Of a DNA stretch of 64,000 nt, positions 58,960-64,000 are shown piece by piece. The stretch is from Candidatus Terraquivivens tengchongensis. Lineage in GTDB: Archaea; Thermoproteota; Nitrososphaeria_A; Caldarchaeales; Wolframiiraptoraceae. A program made the translations under genes and the position numbers. Location of the stretch: assembly GCA_023261845.1 (NCBI GenBank), contig JALNJZ010000006.1:37661-101660 (forward strand), read 5' to 3'. The stretch's first letter is position 1, and each line of letters begins with the position of its first letter. The notes beneath the pieces were generated by a model. It worked only from the letters and a program-made list of their open reading frames with translations. It ran no database searches and was not told the origin of the DNA.

Positions 58960-59697
58960 TTAGGTCTTCTTTTTCCTTCCAGTTCTCCTAGCGGCTATAA
59001 GACCAACCTTTCTTCCGGGAGGTGCATTCCTAGAAACCGTCTCGGGTCTGCCTATACGCTTATGACTACCACCGCCGAACGGATGGAAAGCCGGTGCCAT
59101 CGCGACGCCCCTAACCCTCGGATAGGGCCTTCTCTTAGCCTTCATCCAGTAGAACTTCTTGCCGGCCTTCAAGAACGGTTTGTCCGGCCTTCCACCGCCT
59201 GCCACCACACCTATTACCGCGAGGGCTTTAGAACTTAACTCCACTATCTTCTTTGAGGGCAACCTCACTAATGTTTTGTCGCCTATTTGTGCCATAACAG
59301 TCGCATAAGCACCTGAAGAGCGGGCTAGTTTACCTCCATCTCCAGGCCTAAGCTCAATCGAAGATACTACTGTCCCTTCTGGTAACTTACCAAGCGGAAG
59401 AATGTTTCCAGGCTGGATAGGTGCGTCCGAGCCTATGTAAACCTTTTGCCCTTCACTCATACCTTCTACCGCTGCCATAACGAAACTTTCGCCGTTTTGG
59501 AGCTCCACCTCAGCTACAGGAGTTCCACGGCCCGGGTCGTGATGGAACCTTCTAACTATGCCCACGAGCGTCTTTCCTGCTTCTATGATGTTTGTTGGAA
59601 AGCCCAATCGAAACTTTCTCCTGAGTGAGGCTGCGAAGCTTGGCGAGCCTCTACCGAGCCTTTGAGCCCTTATGTTTCTTCCCATGTTAACGCCCAC
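58960..59697 (-). CDS. rpl2: 50S ribosomal protein L2 (uL2)
   Basis: HDPGR, GDGGKLARSSG, VRGVAM...HPFGGG and GRKVGLIAARRTG. Confidence 0.97.
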   Translation of the reverse strand: MGVNMGRNIRAQRLGRGSPSFAASLRRKFRLGFPTNIIEAGKTLVGIVRRFHHDPGRGTPVAEVELQNGESFVMAAVEGMSEGQKVYIGSDAPIQPGNILPLGKLPEGTVVSSIELRPGDGGKLARSSGAYATVMAQIGDKTLVRLPSKKIVELSSKALAVIGVVAGGGRPDKPFLKAGKKFYWMKAKRRPYPRVRGVAMAPAFHPFGGGSHKRIGRPETVSRNAPPGRKVGLIAARRTGRKKKT

Positions 59698-59757
59698 CTT
59701 CAGCCCTAAGCGACGGTCAAAGATTATTAATAGCTACCTTAAGAGCTTTTGATGATG

Positions 59758-60030
59758 CTAGAATATTCCGAGCTTAACCGCAAGCTCGGATGCGTTATAC
59801 TCCGGTTTCAGCTTCACGAACGCCTTCTTCTCGCCTAGCGGCGTTATCAGCGTGTTGACTTTTTCCACTTTAACTTCATAGAGTTTTTCTACGGCATCCT
59901 TTATTTGCTTCTTCGTAGCCCTGATATCAACTATGAAAGTTATCTTATTCTCTTTCTCGACGAGCGATACAGTATCCTGTGTTATGACGACCCTTTTTAT
60001 CACCTTTTGCGGGTCCATGGCAAAAAGCAT
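59758..60030 (-). CDS. rpl23: 50S ribosomal protein L23 (uL23)
   Basis: [36 protein letters not shown]. Confidence 0.97.
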   Translation of the reverse strand: MLFAMDPQKVIKRVVITQDTVSLVEKENKITFIVDIRATKKQIKDAVEKLYEVKVEKVNTLITPLGEKKAFVKLKPEYNASELAVKLGIF

Positions 60031-60097
60031 GCTAAGGTCGTCCTATTTTAGCTTTTGAAAATAAAAAGAAGAGGGTATTTGATGAGGGTTCAGCTGA

Positions 60098-60560
60098 CTA
60101 TCCTAAGTTCATTAGCGGATCTATTGAGGGTGGTAGGATGCGCTCGACGGTCAGCATAGCACCAACTGCAGGCTTTATCTCTACAACGAACTCCTCGTTC
60201 GCCCCAATCTTAACATTCGTAAGATCACCATAAAGCGTGTCTAGCTTGATGGTTATTTGTCATGTTTCGCCATACTCCAGTAAGATGTCGTGGTCGCCCC
60301 TTACTTCGCTGACTATCAAGTTAGTACCGTTAGTTAACCGTGCGATATGGATATGTGGATCCATATAGCTTACTGTTAGCGTTGCATCGCTCATGTCTAT
60401 AGGCTCTTTTCCAGGACCGGTTTTAATGTAAATCGTTCGTTATATTGGATACATACCGACTGCCACCTGATTCTTGGGATCTGGCTATAACCCCACCGCT
60501 CAGTTCTATCGCAGAAGTAGCCTCGCCAAGACCTGCTCTTATGACCTCCTTCGCGTTCTT
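60098..60560 (-). pseudogene. Archaellin (ArlB/FlaB) pseudogene
   Basis: KEVIRAGLGEATSAIELSGGVIA, then after a 4-nt duplication (~60433-60440) TIYIKTGPGKEPIDM...GD.D.LLE.GET*...FVVEIKPAVGAMLTVERILPPSIDPLMNLG*. Internal TGA at 60260-60262. The N-terminal class III signal peptide is missing. Confidence 0.75.
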
Positions 60561-60958
60561 ATCTGTTTCAATGCTGTTAACATCAATGATAACGGGGTCG
60601 TAGTGCAAGCATCGAATCTAACGAAGGTTGTTCCAAAAACAGAGCCTTCTTTACAGCCGCAACAAATGCAGCTAACGAAGAGTGAAGGCGACATTAACCC
60701 CCAAGAAGGTACGGATGAAGTTGAAAAATCGTGGAATTAATAGAAAGTTCAGTAAAGGACGTACAGATGAGTAAAGGAGCTGAAGGCGTGTCAGATGAGG
60801 AGGTGGATAATGCAAGTCCAGACCAGACTAAAATCTTGGACAACTACGGTAAATTAGATTATCATGGCGTTTCTGAAGACTTTGTTAAGAGCCTAAAAGA
60901 TCTGAGATATGCGATTGATGAACTCAAGAAGCGTATAAGCAGTGACGCCACATCTTAA
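60560..60958 (+). pseudogene. Frameshifted acidic / coiled-coil gene remnant
   Basis: Two short overlapping ORFs (ending 60740 and 60958) read like one low-complexity protein lacking a 5' end. Confidence 0.35.
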
Positions 60959-60982
60959 ACACATAATTTAAATAGAAGGGGT

Positions 60983-62377
60983 ATGTTTAGTTTTATTGGC
61001 ATGGCAACAATAGCAACATCAGGCACCGCCTTAAGTTACACTCCAAGTTTTGAACTTTTAAATAGGTGGGTAATCGAAAAGCAGCTTTGTTGTTATTGCG
61101 GCACTTGCGCAGGCGTATGTCCTAGAATAACACTGGATGGAAAAGTTCCAAGGCTCATAAACTACTGTTCTGAGTGTGGAGACTGTTACAAGTACTGTCC
61201 CCAGACTTATGTACCTGTGAAAGAATTTGAGGAGAAGCTGTTCCCTGGCACAAACAAGGATGAATCTTTGGGATATTATGAAAAATGTATACTGGCGCAA
61301 AGCACCGACAAAAACATACTTTCCATAGCACAAAACGGAGGCTTAGTGACCACGTTATTGATTCATGCACTAGAGGCCGGGCTGATAGATGGTGCTATTC
61401 TAGCGGTAGCTGAAAAGGATTGGATGCCGAAGCCCATACTTGCCAGGACCCCTGAGGAAATAAAGAAAGCAGCCGGTTCAAAATATGTTATGTGTCCAAA
61501 TATGTTCGCTTACCGTGAAGTAATTAGTGATCCAACGGTCAAAAAGGTCGCTATCGTAGGTCTTCCGTGTCAAGTCAGAGCTGCAAGAAAGTTACAAATG
61601 GAACCTATGATTCCTGTTAAAAATGGAAAGATTGAGTTTATAATCGGGTTGTTCTGTCACAGGAATTTTTCTTACGAGGGGCTCCTCTTAGAGACCATTA
61701 AAAAGACCCTAAACATCGACCTTTCCAATATAAAGAAGTTTGATATATCAAAGGGCAAGTTGATGGTCTTTACCCAAGAGGGCAAGCAAGTAGAGCTACC
61801 AGTGAAGGAGCTTAGCAAATACTCTTGGTCGTCGTGCTCTTCTTGTACAGACTTCACGGGAAGGCTGGCGGACATATCCGTTGGTAATGCCGGCGTCATA
61901 GACCTCAACTGGAACTTGGCAATAGTCAGGTCTAAGAAAGCCATGGAACTTTTAGATAGCGCGGTAAAGGCCGGAAAGCTGAAAATAGCTGAAGGTGGAG
62001 ATGCTATAAATGCTATATTAAAAGAGGCACAGAAGAAGGCTGAGAGACGGGAAAAGGTTAGTGAAGCACTGTACCAGCATTTCTCTGAGCTCGGCGTACC
62101 TTCAGAAGACGTGCGCGTATACTTTACCCTACTAACTTCAGGAGGTGCTAGCGCTGTAGAACTCTCAAAAGCGCTCAACATTGGTGAAACAGAACTGGGT
62201 GCGATTCTTGCAAGGCTTCGTGAAAGAGGGTGGCTGGTTGAATATGGGGACCGCTACATACCTACTAGACCGTCTATCGTTCTACGAATGGAAACAGCAA
62301 AACTCCAAAACTTGATTAAGAAAGTTTTAGAGAAGGAGCCCGAGCTGGAGGGCATATACGTAAGAAAGTTTGGCTAG
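60983..62377 (+). CDS. FrhB/FdhB/FpoF-like F420-interacting Fe-S protein fused to a C-terminal TrmB-type HTH
   Basis: 2x[4Fe-4S] N-terminus, QNGGLVT, GSKY, GLPCQ, IGLFC and C..C.DF....ADISVG. C-terminal LG....RVY..LL..G..SA.ELS.......L..L.ERGW. Confidence 0.8.
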   Translation: MFSFIGMATIATSGTALSYTPSFELLNRWVIEKQLCCYCGTCAGVCPRITLDGKVPRLINYCSECGDCYKYCPQTYVPVKEFEEKLFPGTNKDESLGYYEKCILAQSTDKNILSIAQNGGLVTTLLIHALEAGLIDGAILAVAEKDWMPKPILARTPEEIKKAAGSKYVMCPNMFAYREVISDPTVKKVAIVGLPCQVRAARKLQMEPMIPVKNGKIEFIIGLFCHRNFSYEGLLLETIKKTLNIDLSNIKKFDISKGKLMVFTQEGKQVELPVKELSKYSWSSCSSCTDFTGRLADISVGNAGVIDLNWNLAIVRSKKAMELLDSAVKAGKLKIAEGGDAINAILKEAQKKAERREKVSEALYQHFSELGVPSEDVRVYFTLLTSGGASAVELSKALNIGETELGAILARLRERGWLVEYGDRYIPTRPSIVLRMETAKLQNLIKKVLEKEPELEGIYVRKFG

Positions 62378-62472
62378 CCGCAACTTCGCTTTTCCTTACA
62401 CCTCTATTTATTTAGGTATTATAGAAACGTTTACGTTAATATGTATTTCACCCGGGTTCAAAAAAATCTTAG

Positions 62473-62578
62473 CGCCCTTCGGCGGGCAGGGCTTTTTAAC
62501 CCTCCCCATGGCCGGGATTTGAACCCGGGTCCGGCGGGCGACAGCCGCCGATACTAGACCGGACTATACTACCAGGGC
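62473..62578 (-). tRNA. tRNA-Asp(GTC) with a 31-nt BHB intron in the 3' acceptor strand (68/69; 62478-62508)
   Basis: The 5' GCCCTGG pairs fully only after removing TGGGGAGGGTTAAAAAGCCCTGCCCGCCGAA, giving CCA^GGGC-G. Anticodon arm GGCGG-CTGTCGC-CCGCC. Confidence 0.88.
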
Positions 62579-62678
62579 TTCATCTGAGTGTGGCAAAAAA
62601 GAGTTTCTAAAAGCAATTCTTAAAGTTTTTCTAAGAAACGGACAAACGATTTTATCCGAGCATGAGAGCCGTAGTTGC

Positions 62679-63215
62679 ATGGAGCCGAAGGAACTTTTAA
62701 GTATAATAAAGGGAAGAAGGTCTGTTAGGAGGTTCTTGGAGAAGAAGATTCCCGACGAACATCTGAGGCTCATAATGGAGGCAGGCATATGGGCTCCGAG
62801 CGGGGGCAACATACAACCATGGCAGTTCGTTCTCGTGAGAGAACCAACATTGATAAAGAAGATAAAGCTTGTGTCTCCAGGCCTGTTTGGTAATCCTGAT
62901 GCATTAGTCGTAGCATGTGTGGACAAGAACAGGTACGAAAGAGCTGGGAAGATAGGTTATACGTTGTCGCTCATGGACGTATCCATGGCAGCCCAGAACA
63001 TGATGCTCATGGCGTATGGCCTCGGCATAGGCTCGTGTCCAATAGCATCTTTCAATAAGCTGGCGGTGAGGGAAATTCTCGAGCTTCCAGATAACTTTGA
63101 GCCCATCTTGATGATCAGCCTAGGTTATCCTGAAGAATGGCCACAACCTCCAGAAAGGAGGCCTCTTAGTGAGGTGGTTTATGTAGATGGTTACGGAAAG
63201 TATTATAGAGGATGA
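62679..63215 (+). CDS. Nitroreductase family protein
   Basis: RRSVR.F, APS.GN.QPW, AAQN..L.A...G.GSC and LGYP motifs. Confidence 0.92.
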   Translation: MEPKELLSIIKGRRSVRRFLEKKIPDEHLRLIMEAGIWAPSGGNIQPWQFVLVREPTLIKKIKLVSPGLFGNPDALVVACVDKNRYERAGKIGYTLSLMDVSMAAQNMMLMAYGLGIGSCPIASFNKLAVREILELPDNFEPILMISLGYPEEWPQPPERRPLSEVVYVDGYGKYYRG

Positions 63216-63492
63216 ACACTTCAAGCTCCTAACTTTCCTCATAGTCAGCGCAAGAGGGTGCGTGGACGAGCCGCCGCTTTATGGACCGCTCAGGCTGATA
63301 GATGCCGCAGAGAAATTGATAGAATTGATGGATAAGATGGGAAAGGCCGATGAGAGATTGAAGGAGATAATGAAAACAATACATGAAAGAAAGTTTAGTG
63401 TCGTGAGGGACGAAAAAGAGTTCATCAACCTATTGGACGAGCTCGTCTTAAAGGTTTCGAAGATAATCAAGGAAGCACAATCTACAAAGTGA
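63187..63492 (+). CDS. DUF6092-like small helical protein
   Basis: SARG..DEP..YGPLRL.DA pattern. Confidence 0.6.
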   Translation: MVTESIIEDEHFKLLTFLIVSARGCVDEPPLYGPLRLIDAAEKLIELMDKMGKADERLKEIMKTIHERKFSVVRDEKEFINLLDELVLKVSKIIKEAQSTK

Positions 63493-63516
63493 TGTTAGGG
63501 ACATTATTAGAAAATC

Positions 63517-63858
63517 TTAAGTAGACTTCTTTAGAACGAAAACACTCCCCACCTTCGTACCAAAGACGTTATAATAAGGTATTTCCTTAAGTATATCGTA
63601 ACCATCCAGCGGGCTATTCAGAGAAATTATATAATTGTCGCTTATACTATATCCCCATCCGTACCATCTAACTGGTGTTACATTTATGTTCTGACAAACC
63701 TGGAAGAACCTTGCATTATACTCCAAACCACCATCTATCTCTTGTTCAGGAACTCCCGTATTCAGAAGATAGTTGATGCCCTCCCATCTTGCAGAGTTCC
63801 ATGAGAAGTGATCATATATGCCGTAATATGACCATAGGCCTAAGACGAAGTTTGTCAA
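63517..63858 (-). pseudogene. C-terminal fragment of a membrane glycosyltransferase-like protein
   Basis: WN.ARW...L...G.....IDGG.EYN pattern. No credible upstream part before the tRNA promoter. Confidence 0.35.
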
Positions 63859-63966
63859 GATAAGGCACGGTATCAGAATTCGTTGGTTTTGAATAAAACT
63901 TTGGAAGTATCAAAAGAATAAAAATTAAGGTTTATAAAATATTAGGAGGGTGTTGAATTAACGGTT

Positions 63967-64000
63967 GGGCCCGTAGCTCAGCCAGGAGACTTTCACGAAG
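63967..64000 (+). tRNA. 5' part of a tRNA, truncated by the window, probably with a D-loop intron
   Basis: GGGCCCGTAGCTCAGCCAGG tRNA start with TTTATAAA ~30 nt upstream. The sequence then leaves the consensus into AGA-CTTT-CAC-GAAG. Confidence 0.7.

Noticed and set aside
1-64000. CRISPR array, rRNA or IS transposase
   Set aside because: No regularly spaced repeats, rRNA-like tracts or transposase motifs were seen.

Overview
Archaeal chromosome segment, most likely Thermoproteota/TACK. This is inferred from archaeal-type ribosomal, AglB, DnaG, pelota, Top6A and GPN GTPase genes, F420-type enzymes, and tRNAs with bulge-helix-bulge (BHB) introns. Most of the window is housekeeping or metabolic. 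The main accessory feature is an ~11.4 kb element (8598-20013) integrated at the 3' end of an intron-containing tRNA-Leu(CAG). It carries a frameshifted tyrosine integrase, an RHH regulator and a tight six-gene operon. The operon encodes a small DUF6884-like protein, a DUF1156 adenine methyltransferase, a DUF499/BrxC-like ATPase, a protease-less BrxL, a minimal PglZ and an unknown 170-aa protein, and looks like an atypical BREX-related defence system. Other notable signals: a tRNA-Asp with a BHB intron in the 3' acceptor strand (68/69); a pseudoknotted leader upstream of a QueT-type transporter (candidate archaeal preQ riboswitch); aglB flanked by an Ost3/Ost6-like membrane gene and a membrane thioredoxin; a candidate F420-dependent oxidative pentose-phosphate cluster; an FrhB-TrmB fusion; a C/D box sRNA; and a decayed archaellin. 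All family calls come from motif recognition by eye. No searches were run.
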